The notes beneath the pieces were generated by a model. The model was not told the origin of the DNA and ran no database searches. It was given only the letters and a program-made list of their open reading frames with translations. From Podospora anserina (taxonomy: Eukaryota): a stretch of 64,000 nt of DNA. The DNA lies in contig CM030332.1 of NCBI GenBank assembly GCA_017654855.1, positions 4,960,001 to 5,024,000 on the forward strand. Reading direction: 5' to 3'. Numbering within the stretch: the first letter of the stretch is position 1; each line of letters opens with the position of its first letter. This document shows positions 24,281 to 37,345 of this stretch, piece after piece. The translations under genes and the position numbers were made by a program.

Positions 24281-27200
24281 ATGCTTGCCGTGCGCTCTCG
24301 ACGTTATCGATCGTCGACTTCGGCTTCGACCGTCCAAACATCGAAAGCCGCCGAGGTCCTCCAGCGTCTGCTTCGACAACTCTCCGAGACAGCAAACTCC
24401 CGCTCTGCCGATGGGTACCCCGAAATCGAGGATCTGCTCGAGCAGATCCGCCAGATACACCAGCACGTTGCTGCCGCGCAACCGCCTTCCCAACCTCAAG
24501 ACGACTTTCGACACTTGAACGGCTTCCAGACCCTCCTCGAAGTTTTGCGATCGTTCTCGGGCTTTTATAACATACAAAAAAGAAGCAAAGACGAGAGGAG
24601 GGGAATATTTGATTTGCTTCACGTCATTCTGGCGACTGTCTCTGCCGCATTCAGGGGCCATCCGGGAAACAGGAGGTACTTCCAAGATAGAGTCGATGGC
24701 GGAGGATGGGAGTCTCTGGAACAAATAATTGCCAGCATTGGTGTGGGAGGCGGAGAATCAGACTTGTGGACAAACTGTCAATTGTTTGGGAAGCTGCTAT
24801 CGTTCGCCCTGGACGACCAGCGGCTTGATGAGCTCTGTCGTTCTGTGGCTTCGTCCTCGACGGCATCTCGGCCTACATCCGCCCCTGGGACGGAGGATCA
24901 AGGAGAGTCACCGACACTGATTGGGGACAATACAAAAGAGAGCCAGGGCCAGCTTGACAGTTTAGAAGCTATCGAGGCCAGGCTTGCACAGATTCTAGGG
25001 CCCAACACGGTGGTTCAGAATGCCGAGATTATACGGACGGTCGTGGGCTTTTGGGAATCAATACCGAGAACCAAAGGGGCACCGCCAGATTTGGCTTCGA
25101 TGATCGTCTTGATAACGCTGTCGTCTGTTGGTTCGGCCTCTCTTTTCAACCTCACGGCATTACATGGAACCGGCATGCTCTCCAGACTATTGCGACTGCT
25201 GTTCTCTAGTGAGCGCATTCTTACCGAGGCCGAGACAAAAAAGGCGTTGCCCCTGAGCAAATCGCTCATGTACCTTGGGGTAGACCAGCTGGCTGATGCG
25301 CAGTTTTTACTCTGCAATCGGGACGAGGATGTCTCTGAATTTTGTCTCGACATGACGGAAAAGAACAACGGGCCACCTTTCATCCAGTTTGACCTGTCAC
25401 TTCACGGTCATTCTTCCGTTGAACTGCCCAACCTCGGGCGACCTTTTCCACCCCATTCGTCAGCCGGATACACTTTTGCTGCCTGGGTCCGTGTCGACAG
25501 ATTCGATCCCCATTCGCACACCACACTCTTTGGAGTATTCGACTCTACGCAGACCTGCTTTCTGCTGGCTTACCTCGAGAGGGACACCAAAAACTTCATT
25601 CTGCAAACATCTGTTACCTCGTCCCGTCCCAGTGTTCGGTTCAAGACAGTTTCTTTCAAGGAGAAGCGGTGGTATCACATGGCCATCGTGCACCGCCGGC
25701 CCAAGGCACTCGCTGCAAGCAAGGCCAGCCTCTATGTCAACGGGGAATTTGCAGAGCAGATACGGTCGGCTTATCCAAACCCACCTCCCATCTCCAACAC
25801 GAGCACTGAGAGCTTCGCTTCGTTTGCGTCAAGCAGTCACAAAACAAATCCAGTACAGGCATTCCTGGGCACACCCCGTGATCTTGCGACCCAGGTTGGC
25901 CCTGGTCTTGTGCATTCGAAATGGTCCCTTGCCTCTGCTCAAATGTTTGAGGATGTCCTGAGCGATGATTTTCTTGCGGTGCATTACCGACTTGGACCAC
26001 GGTATCAGGGTAACTTTCAAGACTGCCTTGGAGGGTTTCAGACGTATGAGGCCTCGGCCGCTCTTGGACTCCGTAACGAGCTGTTCCATCCCGGCAAGGA
26101 TGAGAACTCGGATATCCTCAGAGCTATCAGAGATAAGGCTAGCTCCATTGTGCCCGAACAGAAAGTATTGCTCAGCATTCTCCCTAGGGCGGTGTTCCGT
26201 ACCGATGGCAAGTTCATGGACTCGTCGCTCTTTCGGTCACTGTCGAGGAACTCGGCCGGCAGTTTGTTCCATACTACCACTAAGACGGGAGTCCCTGTTG
26301 CGATCAACGCTGCTGTTCCGTGTATCAATGATGCGCTAATCAGAATGAACGGAGTATCGCTTCTCGTTGGCGACCCAGTCTTGACCACGCCGTATCACTT
26401 TGATGACAATTTCTGGCGACTTGGTGGCTTCACACCTGTGGTGCTGAAGCTAGTTGAGCGCGCCACAACCCCTCAGGATCTCCTCCGGTCTGTCGAGATG
26501 ACCTTTCATTGTATCGAAAAGAGCTGGCGAAACAGTGAGGCCATGGAGAGGGACAACGGATATGCTATCTTGAGCATGCTTCTGCGGGCCAAGCTCGGAT
26601 ACGGAATTCCGGCTTCAGACAGCGTCTCACAGTCGTGGCGGCTTGCCGTCACGAACGAGGCAAGAGACAGGCTCAGCTTCCAGCTCTTGAGCTTGGTCCT
26701 CAGCTTCGTGGGTTACAAACATGCGGACCCCATCGAATCATTTGTCGTGAACCCTCTCGCTTATCGTATTCTCCTCATCGACCCCGATACCTGGCGCAAG
26801 GCGGCCCCGATCACCCAAGAACTCTATTACAAGCAGTTTGTGACCTTTGCCGTGAAAAGCAAGCACCACCAATTCAACAGCAAGCGGCTGCTCAGAATGC
26901 GTACGTCAGAGTTTGCTTGAGGCTCATCAGTATTTCATATACTCACTACTCATTCTATAGGCATCATCAAGAGGCTGCTGGATGCTCTCAAGGCCGAGAC
27001 CATCTCGGAAGACATCCTGCCTCATTTCATGGCCTCGTTTGAGAGTCTGGTCAAATGCAATTTTAATGCAGAGGTTCACCGTTCTCTTGCCCTTTTCATC
27101 ACCTACGCCTTCCATACCCCTGCTGGCTCCCTGCCCCGTACTCCCAAACCTATATCCAGAGCAGGGACGCCTTCCCTGAGCAACTTGAGAAGACCAGTCC

Positions 27201-30200
27201 CGGTTGAGACGGGAACGTCCTCCTCGAACGGCCCCTCAAGATTACTTACAAAGAAACAATTAGGCATCAAGTTCCTAGAGATGTACACACGGTTTCTCTG
27301 CGAGAAAACCAACCCGGCTGACATCCGCAAGTTCGCCAAGACAGTAACAAATAAGGTGATATTCGGTGTCGACCCAAAGAGATTCCCGAGGCCATATGTA
27401 GTACTGACGCCCTTGCAGTGGCTCCTCTACCTGCTTGCGGAGGACGATCCAGAAATCGTCGTCCACGGATGCAAGATTCTCGCCCGCCTCATAGTGTCGC
27501 AGCCGACAGCGTACACAACCAAATTCTCTACTAGGTCTGGAGGGTTTCACATCATGGCTCACCGCTTGAAGCAGTGGTGGGACATTGCTACTCTCTGGCC
27601 GATCCTGTTCAGTATCCTGTTTGGGTACGACGTTGCGAATATCAACTTTGGCAAGTCGTTTGACTTTTTCAGTCTCTTGGAAATATTTGGGAATCGACAT
27701 GTGGTTTTCCCCGATGTGCTGCCGGTTATCATCTCGATGCTGCAGCACGGGCTGAGGGATATTCTCAAGTATCAGGATGATCCGGACTCTCCGCATGGAG
27801 ACTGGGAGACGCCCAGGAGTGGTTCGGAAGGTCTTGCTGCCGTCCAGACGCGTCCAAGGGCTCGGTCTATGGAACTGGGCCAGGCTTTGGAGCCGCGGAG
27901 TATGTCTCTTTCTTGCCTTTGCTCTGGATCTTCGCTGACATATTGTCTAGAAACACGCCTGCCTGACAAAGAGAGGGTCTCGGCTAGTGTTGGAGTTTTT
28001 CAGACAGTTGTCCGCTTTTTGTCAGACATGCACAGTCGGTCGGCCAGCTTCAGAGATTTTGCCCTCAACTCTGACTACGTTCGCCTCCTTTTCTCGGCAT
28101 TGTACCCCATCATCGTCAGCGCGGATCCCGTTACCCCCGATACTGAGCTCAACTCCAAGGACTCGGTCCTCACATTTGAGGGAGGCGACGTGCTTATCAG
28201 GCCGGTTCCCGGCTCTTCGACTACGGCCACTCCAATCATTCGAACCGCAAACGCAGGACAAATGGACGGGTCACCGTCGTCTGTACAGGGTCGCGGTACT
28301 CCTCTGCGGCGACCTTCCTCGTTCATATTGGTGGCATCACAACAGCAGCAGCCACTCTCCCCACCCATCCCCGCTCGTCTCAGCCATGTCATGTCGCCAA
28401 AGAAGCGGGTAAATACGCAGAAAGTCAGCAACGTGGTACTCGAGGGAGTGCTGGAGCTCATCATCAACGTCTTCACTGATCAGCTGCTCGTCCGAAAGGA
28501 ATTTCCTGGTTTTGGTCTCTTCTTGAAGGTTCCTCCCGGCTTTCAGGAACATCAGGCCTACTTTGAGACGTATGTTCTTCGTAATATCATCACCCACCTG
28601 AAAAACACCATTCAGCTCGAGCAAAAGACCCTTCTCGAGCCGAGGATTCTGCAGAACATGTCTCGGTTGAACATCCACATGGTGGAAGCGATCTTTGAAG
28701 GGTGGTTCATGAATGGAGCAGAGACGATGATTGACTTTGCCGGGACTTTGCTGGAGTACCTGCTGCGACCTGACATCTCGTCTTTGAAGAGCGTCCGTCT
28801 TTGCAGCTCGGCGGTGGCAACGATCAGGGCATGCTTCTTGAAGCTGACGCTTTTGCGGCTGTCGGACATGGATGATCCGCAGTGCCAGGATGCGGATGCT
28901 GTTGCTAGTATGGGGCAGCTGATGTACTGGCAGACTGTGCTGCTCAACTGTCTGCAGGTGGAGGATGATTACATGAAGCTGTTGTGGTATCAACTTTACA
29001 ACAAGCTGGTTGATCCGAGAGAGCAAGTTCGGATGATCGCTGCGACGGTGTGGCGGATCATGCTGGTGCAAAAGCCGGAGGAGGCCTCGGTTTTGTTCAG
29101 GCAGATCATGACGCCTGATCAGCAGCATCTGACGAGGGGATTCAGAAAACTGACTGAGCTGGATGACAATGCGTTTTTGGAATGGGTTGATCAGCATCGG
29201 CCTTCGTTGGATGTGTTGTTTGTCGGGGGGATTTCCAAGACGTGGGAGGAGTTTGTTGGTGGGGAGAATCAGCGGTACAATGACACTGCGAGGACGAGGT
29301 TGAGGAACCGGAAGGAGAAGTTGAAGCAGTGGCATGCTGAGTTGAGGGAGAGGGAGAACGTGCTGCTGAGGCATGAGATGGCGAACAGCGCGTGGATGAA
29401 GAGTATTTACTTCACTGAGCACTTCAAGTACCAGAGGCACTTGCAAGACCAACAAGATGACAACGCGTTCTTGGCGTGGACGTTTAGCAAGATGGACAGG
29501 GACTTGAGGAGGCCGGGAGCGGTGTTTGCGGAGAGGCAGGAGATTAAGTGGAAGCTGGATCGGACGGAGGGGAGGAACAGGATGAGGTTGAGGTTGTTGC
29601 CCGAGTATCCTGATCAGCATAGGGAGTATAGGCCGAAGAGGGGGGATAATTCGGGTCTGAAGCTGAATACGGGGTTGGCTGTGGGTCGACAGTCGAGCAT
29701 TGGGATAACGCCGGCCAGTTCGACGCCGCCGATCGAGGCTGGGGAGGAGGAGGATACTGCTGAGGAAGGGGAGGAGGTGGTGGATGGGAAGGGGTTGGAT
29801 CGGCAGGGGGTGACGCCGGAGGATGACTTTGAGCTGGTGGAGGATCCGAATGATCCGGATGGGGATGATAATTTTGAGGACAAGAACAGGAAGGTGATGA
29901 GGAGGTTGCAGCAGGGGGATTCGGTGCAGAATGTCTTCAACATTTCCAGGATCATTGGGCTGGATGCCTCGGAGGGGATCTTGATTGTTGGGAAGGAGGC
30001 GCTGTATCTCATGGACAGCTTGTTTCAAAGTGCCGATGGCGAGATCATCAACGTATGGCAAGCACCGCCGGAGGAGCGAGATCCGTTTTCCATCATCATT
30101 GCTGGCAAGAAGGCGGATGAGGCGCGCCAGGAGCAGAGCCGTGCTGGTTCGGAATCGCGCAGCTGGAAGTGGCGGGAAGTTCTGATGCTGTCCAAGAGAC

Positions 30201-32364
30201 GGTTCCTCTTCCGGGATGTGGCCATCGAAATGTTCTTCACTGATGGCCGCAGTTATCTGCTTACGGCTATCAACTCGACGATGAGAGACGAGATTTATGC
30301 CAGGCTTACCGCCAAGGTGCCGCATAATAGCAACCCGAGTTTGTTGCCGAATCCGGAGGATGCCTGGAGATTGGAGGCTCTCAAGTTCACCGAGGAGGCA
30401 CCGCAGACGCTGGGGGCCAAGTTTGGCAGCATTTTCAACTCGTCGGGGTGGAACCCGCTGATGAAGAGGTGGCAGAAGGGAGAGATATCCAACTTTCACT
30501 ATCTGATGCTGGTCAACACCATGGCGGGCAGAACGTTCAACGATTTGACGCAATATCCGGTTTTCCCGTGGGTGTTGGCGGATTATACGAGTGAGGAGCT
30601 GGACTTGAATAATCCGGCGACGTTCAGGGATTTGTCCAAGCCGATGGGCGCGCAGAATCCTACTCGGGCGGCGGATTTCAACATGAGGTACAAGAGCCTG
30701 GCCGAGATTGGGGAGACGCCGTTTCATTATGGGACGCATTACTCGTCTGCGATGATCGTGTCGTCGTATTTGATTCGGTTGCCGCCGTTTGTGCAGTCTT
30801 ACATACTGCTGCAGGGTGGGACGTTTGATCACCCTGATCGGTTGTTTTTCTCCATCGAGGGGACTTGGACGTCGTCGTCGAAGGATAATGGGTCGGACGT
30901 GAGGGAGCTGATTCCTGAGTTCTTTTACCTTCCGGACTTTTTGACGAATGTCAATGGTTACAACTTTGGTGAACGCCAAGGTGGCCAGGGGAAGGTGGAC
31001 AATGTCATCCTGCCCCCTTGGGCCAAGGGCGATCCCAAGATCTTCATCGCCAAACACCGTGAGGCTCTCGAGTCTCCGCATGTGAGCCAGCACCTCCACA
31101 AATGGATCGATCTCATCTTTGGGTACAAGCAGCGCGGAGAAGCCGCGGTAGAAAACTTGAATGTCTTCCACCATCTCTCTTACAAGGGCGCCAGAGATTT
31201 GGATGACATTGTCGACCCTCAGGAACGTGCCATTACCACGGGCATCATCCACAACTTTGGCCAGACCCCCCACCAAGTCTTTACTCGGCCACACCCCGCC
31301 AGGGAATACGACCGCTGCCCGATCAAGCGGTTGGACACCTCCATATCCGCCCTGACTAAACTCCCCTACCCGCTGCTGGAAAGCCACGAACGGGTGTCGT
31401 CATTGATTTACGTCCAGAAATACGACCGGCTGCTTTGCGCCTCCCCGTTCAGGATCAACCTCCCCCCGTTCTACGACAAGTTTGTCGAATGGGGTTATGC
31501 GGATAACTCGGTCAGGTTCTTCTTTAGCGACAACCGCCGTTTGGCGGGGCTGCACGAGAATCTGCACATAGGGCAGATATCAACCCTCACATTTGCAGAC
31601 AGCAAAACGCTGATCACGGCCGGGGAGGACTGTGTCGTTTCTGTCTACAACGTGCAGACATCACCCGGAAAACCGGTGGAACTGCAGCAGAGGTCGAGCT
31701 TATTCGGGCACAAGACTCCGGTCACCAACATCGCGGTGGCGAAGGCGTTTTCGACGATTGTGACGGTATCGCAGGATGGGGTTGCGTTTCTTTGGGATCT
31801 GAACAGGTTGGAGTTCATCAGACGGTTGCCGATGCCGATGAGGGGGGTGGGACAGCAGGTCGAGTGTGTGGCTGTGAATGACACGACGGGGGACATTATG
31901 GTTTGTGTTGGGCAGAGCGTGGTGTTGTTTACGGTGAATGGGGAGGTGATTTTGGATCAGAATGTATGTGGTGGTGGTGGTGGGAGCGAGGGGGAGGTGA
32001 CGGATGATTACGTGCATAGCTGTGCGTTTTATGAGGGGTCGGGGGGGAATGAGTGGTTGGAGAATCAGTTGGTTTTTACGGGGCATAAGAGGGGGAGGGT
32101 GAATATTTGGAGGAAGACGGTTAGCAAGGAGGGGAGGTGGGTGCTGGAGTGGATGAGGAGGTTGGATCATGTGAATCAGGGGAAGATGACGAGTGAGAGG
32201 GGAGAGAATGTGGAGGCGGCGGTGACGTGTATTGCGCCTATGGAGAGGTTGGTGTATACGGGCGATGATGATGGGAGGGTGGTTAGTTTTCCTTTCCCCT
32301 GATGTTGATGATAAGCTAACGGTGGTGATAGTATGAATGGAATCTGGTCCAACGAGAGAGGTGA
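24281..32364 (+). CDS. BPH1: Beige/BEACH-domain protein (ConA-like, PH-BEACH, BEACH, WD40); introns at about 26901-26960, 27356-27418, 27900-27950 and 32282-32331
   Basis: WKLDRTEGRNRMR, KRRFLFRDVAIE, ISNFHYLMLVNTMAGRTFNDLTQYPVFPW, HYGTHYSS, VRELIPEFFY, FGQTP and C-terminal WD repeats. Canonical introns join the 883-aa and 1757-aa ORFs; last exon YEWNLVQRER*. Confidence 0.93.
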
Positions 32365-32898
32365 GACAGGGCTGGGTTTGATCGGCACAAGCGGACAATC
32401 ACCATAAAATAAAGGCCACGGGAAGATGGTCAGAAAGGAGAGAAGACAGGGTGAGGGGGGGGGTTGGTTTAGCGCCAAGGAGTGGGTGGTCACTCATGCC
32501 ATCACCATTATTATCACATTTCCAGCGAAGTGTCTGAATTAGAGTTGATAGATATTTGGATGTGTCCTGCGGGGAAAAAAAAGAAAACCTTTAATTTCTT
32601 ACCCGTTCTGCAATATGGCTTTTGGTTTACCGGTTTTATGACCTCATGTCTTTGAAAACACGTCTATTCGTATTAGACCACCCTCTCTGCCCGTTTATAA
32701 ACGCCAATATGTACAATTGATACAGCTTCTCTTTTCCACTCTTTCTGTCTGTCTCCATTGCTTCCCTCTCTCGGCCTGGGCCTCATGTACGCCCATCATG
32801 TCGTATCGGTTTTTCGGTTCCAATGTTCAATCCCCTCTTCTACCTCCCATCCCTCAGCTTCCCTGATGTTTCCTTCTCGGTTCATTCGTCTCGTCCCA

Positions 32899-33203
32899 TT
32901 ACTCCGTCTCGTCCCCGTATTCCGTCAACTTCTTCCTCGGCGTAGTTGGCACTATTATCACAGACACTGATTAGCACAGGACCCAATGTCTATTGTTGTG
33001 CAAGAGTATATACCGGGGTAAGTCATGGGGATCTGAGGCGCGTCATAGTCGCCCAGGGCGCGGCGGACAGGAGGGACGACGATGAGGTGCAGAGGGCCGA
33101 AGCCGGCGATGACGCAGGACCAGAAGAGGGAAGGGCGCTCGCGGGCGGCCCAGCGGCAGTATTTGAGGGGGGTGGCCCAGAAGCGGGGGGTTGCGCCGGA
33201 CAT
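32899..33203 (-). CDS. NADH:ubiquinone oxidoreductase 9.5 kDa accessory subunit (NI9M / nuo9.5-like); intron at 32952-33013
   Basis: MSGATPRFWATPLKYCRWAARERPSLFWS...IPMTYP spliced (GTATAT...GCTAAT...TAG) to VPTTPRKKLTEYGDETE*. Confidence 0.88.
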
Positions 33204-33630
33204 TTTTGTTTGTTTCTTTCCTCTGCTTCGCCCTTGGTTAGCCAATTGCGGGTGTTTGTATAGGTTGTGGTGGCATGAACATACTGTGGTGGTTTGGGCT
33301 CGACCTGACCTGGGGGGGGGGGAGCTTTCGAAGCTACTTGGGCTGGGGTGGTGGGAGCTTCAATTGACTTGATTGCGATAGGTTGCTGGCCGGTGAAACT
33401 GCGGGTAATTCTTACAGAGCACTGAGCAAGAGCAGGGGCCCCGCAGTCTCAAATGTTTAAAGGTGGGTCTGGCATCAACGGGGCAAGGGGGGTAGAAGTT
33501 GTGGTCTTGGCAAGGCTACGTATGCTGAATTGGTGATTATTAGCTGTGGTACCTAAAGCTGCTGCTGTTGCTGCGCGCGCCCGTGGCATCAACTTCGACA
33601 ACTATACAACAGACGGATCGATCGCCCAAG

Positions 33631-35251
33631 ATGTTACGGTCAACATCGCTGCTCCTTTCGTTATTTGCTTTCCTGCTATGCTGGGGGGCTGCGCTTGTGT
33701 CGGCTGTTAGCACCTCCGGCAACAGGTTGCTGGCTGTGTTTGATGAAGTGGGCGAGAAGGAGAATTATAGCAAGTTTTTGGGCGATTTAGAGGGTATGTT
33801 TGCAGAGGATGGACTGGGAATGGGATAGGGAGCTGGAATGCTGATCAATTGGTTGTGAATTACAGGCAGAGGATTCCAAATCACATATGAGACCCCCAAG
33901 AGCGAGTCCCTCGTCCTCTTCCACCTCGGCGAACGAGCTTACGATCATGTCATCTTCTTCCCGACCAAGACAAAGGGTATACTATTCTCTTGTTTCCTCT
34001 CCAAACATACCCCATTACTGACACCATGCGCTTTTAGGACTCGGCCCCAACCTGACGCCCCAAATTCTCGTCAACTTCCTCAACGCCAAGGGCAACATCC
34101 TCCACACCCTCTCCTCCGAGACTACAACCCCCAACACCCTCGTCTCCCTCCTCGCCGAGCTCGACATCACCCTCCCCACCGAACGCACCGGCCTCGTGGT
34201 GGACCACTTCTCCTACGATACCCTCTCCGGCGCCGAAACCCACGATGTTCTCGCCCTCCCCCCACCCGTCCCAGTGCGCAGTGATATCTCCCCCCTCTTC
34301 TCCGCCGGCGCCCCCAAAGACGCCCTCCTCGCCTTCCCCCACGGCGTTGGCGCTGTCCTCGGCCCCCGCGAGCATCTGACCCCCATCCTCCGCGCCCCCA
34401 AGACCGCCTACTCCTACAACCCCAAGGAGCAAGCCGACGTCCTCGATGTCGCCGACCTCTTTGCCGCCGGCCAGCAGCTCTCCCTCGTCACCGCTTTCCA
34501 AGCGATCAACTCTGCCCGTTTTGTCCTTCTCGGTTCTGCCGAAATGCTCCAAGACAAGTGGTTCGTCACCGAGATCGCCGCCCCAGGTGGTAAATCCGTC
34601 AAGACCTTCAACCGCGAGTTCGCCAAGCGTGTCTCCGCCTGGACGTTCCAGGAGTTGGGTGTTTTGAGGGTGAACTGGATCGAGCACCACCTCAACGAGG
34701 TGGCTGCTGTTAACGAGTCAAACCCCCATATCTATAGGGTAAAGAATGATGTTGTATGTATCCCCCCCCCCCTATGTAACCCACCTTTTATCATCAACTA
34801 ACAATGGCGATAATGCAAGACCTACACCATCTCCCTCTCGGAATACGCCTACGACAAGTGGACCTCCTTCTCCCTCCCCGCCAACGACGTCCTCCAGCTC
34901 GAGTTCTCCATGCTCTCCCCCTTCCACCGCTTGCCTCTGACCCTCGACGAGACCCACTCCACCCCCGAAGCCTCGGCTTACACCGTCTCGTTCAAACTTC
35001 CCGATCAGCACGGCATCTTCAACTTCAAGGTCAATTACAAGCGCCCCTTCTTCACCAACGTCGAGGAGAAGAACACTGTGTCTGTCAGACACATGGCCCA
35101 CGACGAGTGGCCCCGCAGCTTTGTCATTAGCGGTGCCTGGCCTTGGATTGCGGGCATCGGCGCGACGGTGAGCGGGTGGGTGGTGTTTGTTGCTTTGTGG
35201 ATGTACAGTGCCCCTACGGGTAAGAAGGTGGGGAGCAAAAAGACCAACTAG
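33631..35251 (+). CDS. WBP1: Oligosaccharyltransferase beta subunit Wbp1/OST48; introns at about 33794-33865, 33977-34037 and 34754-34819
   Basis: Signal peptide, YSKFLGDLE, WTFQELGVLRV, LEFSMLSPFHR, FKLPDQHGIFNFKVNYKRP, a C-terminal TM segment and a KKxx ER-retrieval signal (KKTN). Confidence 0.95.
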
Positions 35252-35577
35252 ATATGGGGGGAAGTGATGTAATGGGTGGGTGATTGAAAAAAAAGAACAA
35301 GGTCTTTTTTTATTTAAATTATCTATGTACAATTGTGGTTGATTTGTTTAGGTTTTCGTTGGAGCATGCAAAAAGATACACCGGCAAGGCGTCAAAGTCT
35401 AGGTCTGAGAATATATTGAATGAACCTGAACATGTCTGGAACTGATGTTATGAAACTCCTACCCAAGCACATGACCATAATGCTATCTAGACTGGAGTCA
35501 GAGCTCGCTTGAGCCTCAAGCCATCCACCAACTGCACATTCAGAAACGACGCACACAAAACCAAACATATCAATAAT

Positions 35578-35703
35578 GCCCTCAGATTAGCTCTCTTCTG
35601 TTCCCACTGACAACCTGACAATCCACGCTCGGTAGAGAGACAGTGGAAAAGCGTCGGCTGCCTGCAAATTTGGCTTTTTGGATACCTTTGGTCATCACCA
35701 GGC
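35578..35703 (-). ncRNA. Candidate box C/D snoRNA (~126 nt)
   Basis: Minus strand GCCTG-GTGATGA (box C) ... CTGA (box D)-GGGC with a 4-bp terminal stem and an internal TTCCACTG/CAGTGGGA hairpin, downstream of a GTATCC donor. No target identified. Confidence 0.5.
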
Positions 35704-37345
35704 ATGCGTTTGGTTTGGTTTTGGTTTTGGGGGTACAAAAAGGATACCTTGTTTCTTCTCAAAAATTAACTTTGCGAAAATAAGAAAGAAATTGAGAAAG
35801 GAGAGTCGACAGAATGAGATTGGAAAAGCATTCACCCTCCACCTAGTCCATCTACCCAGGGCAGAACACACCCTTGGGATTTTTTGAGCCAAGTGAAAAA
35901 GAGGATCTTCCGGTCTCTGGCTTACGCTACCGGCGTTCACGTCCACCAGTGAGGGTCGATATGGCACCTTTTGCAGCGATATCTTCTGCCCAACAGGTCA
36001 TTTCTTCGCCGTGGAACAAAACACACCGGATCCAGGTGGGGCAAGGACGACAGGGTCCTGTGTGAAAACACTACTGGTTACCGGAGATCGCCAGTGTGGG
36101 GGGAGGAAAGATGGGAGTCGGTGAAAGAGTGTGGCCTGCCTTGAGCCAATAGACAAGATGGCGATGGTTGCTGTGGTGCTGATGGATGCCGGCCTGTGAC
36201 TTCACAGACAGGCTGCTCGATGGCCGAAGTGAAGGAATGTTAAACTGAAACAGTGTGGTATTTGGTGGAAGCTTCTCTCTCCCATTTCCTCGCCTTTGAA
36301 CCAACCCTTGAAACCAAGCACGATTGCGAGCCGCTCCGATTGAAAACTACTTTTGTGACCGTCACTGGTGCTGCGCTGACATGTCTCCTGATTGCTTCTT
36401 TTCAGAAACTCAAAAGTCGACACCGGGCGCACCTCTGGAAATTGCTAATTGTCGTCATAGCGGCTTGGCTTCTTGTAACGAGAACCGATAGGGAAAGGGA
36501 GGCGAGGGAGAAGAGGTGATGTGTGCCATATGAAAACGATGTTCGTGCAAGGCTGCTCAGATATCCGTTCTTGATTATTCATGCTCTCCCAAGCCCTCTA
36601 GTAAGGGCTGGATGAGTCGGAAGGTCGGGTTTAGCTCGTCCCTGATGTTTCTTCATGGCAGGATATGTGTGTGAAGGAGGGTTGTTTGCTCTTGAATAAC
36701 CAAAGCTGTCAGTAGACATCACTTGATGTTCTCTGTTGGCTGAAGATGAAAGATTGTGGTGAAATCGATCCAATCTCAAAAACGAGATCCATCTGCCGTT
36801 ATAATAGAAAGAGACCGAGGCAGTCGTGACGGTTGTCGAAGGTCATGAAGTCGAGGCATGGTTAGAGGTAACCGCCCGCCTGAGGAGGGCTGCGCAGCTT
36901 GACAGCAGAACCGCTTGATCAGATCGTAACGAGATCTTGATCGCGTTGTTGGATGATAAATAAAACTATTAGAATAACAAGAAGAAACGCGGGAGATGAT
37001 GCTGAAGCTATGCCTTCAGATGTGACGAGAAGGCAGGCCGCAGTGAGGTCGATGTGAAGCTCCAACCGCTGATGAGAATGGAATGAGGTCGCAGGAAGAG
37101 TTGAGCTGGAAGAAACGCGCTGAAGACGCTCGAGCCACAGCGCGGTAGCGCCACAACCGCGCTAGCCTGCTCTAAAACCAACCTCCATCCATAAGGCTGT
37201 GAATTTCCATGTCAGGCTGTGCGCGCGCATCTTGAATATATCAGCGACACCATCACCAGCGACGCCAACTTCGCGATCGCTTTCTCTACCACTCCCCACA
37301 ACACCACACTCAACTAACAAATCAGGCCAGCGCCAATTCTTCAAA

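Noticed and set aside
28337..31387. 1016-aa minus-strand ORF
   Set aside because: Lies wholly antisense to the BEACH exon; a low-complexity shadow of codon bias with no motifs.
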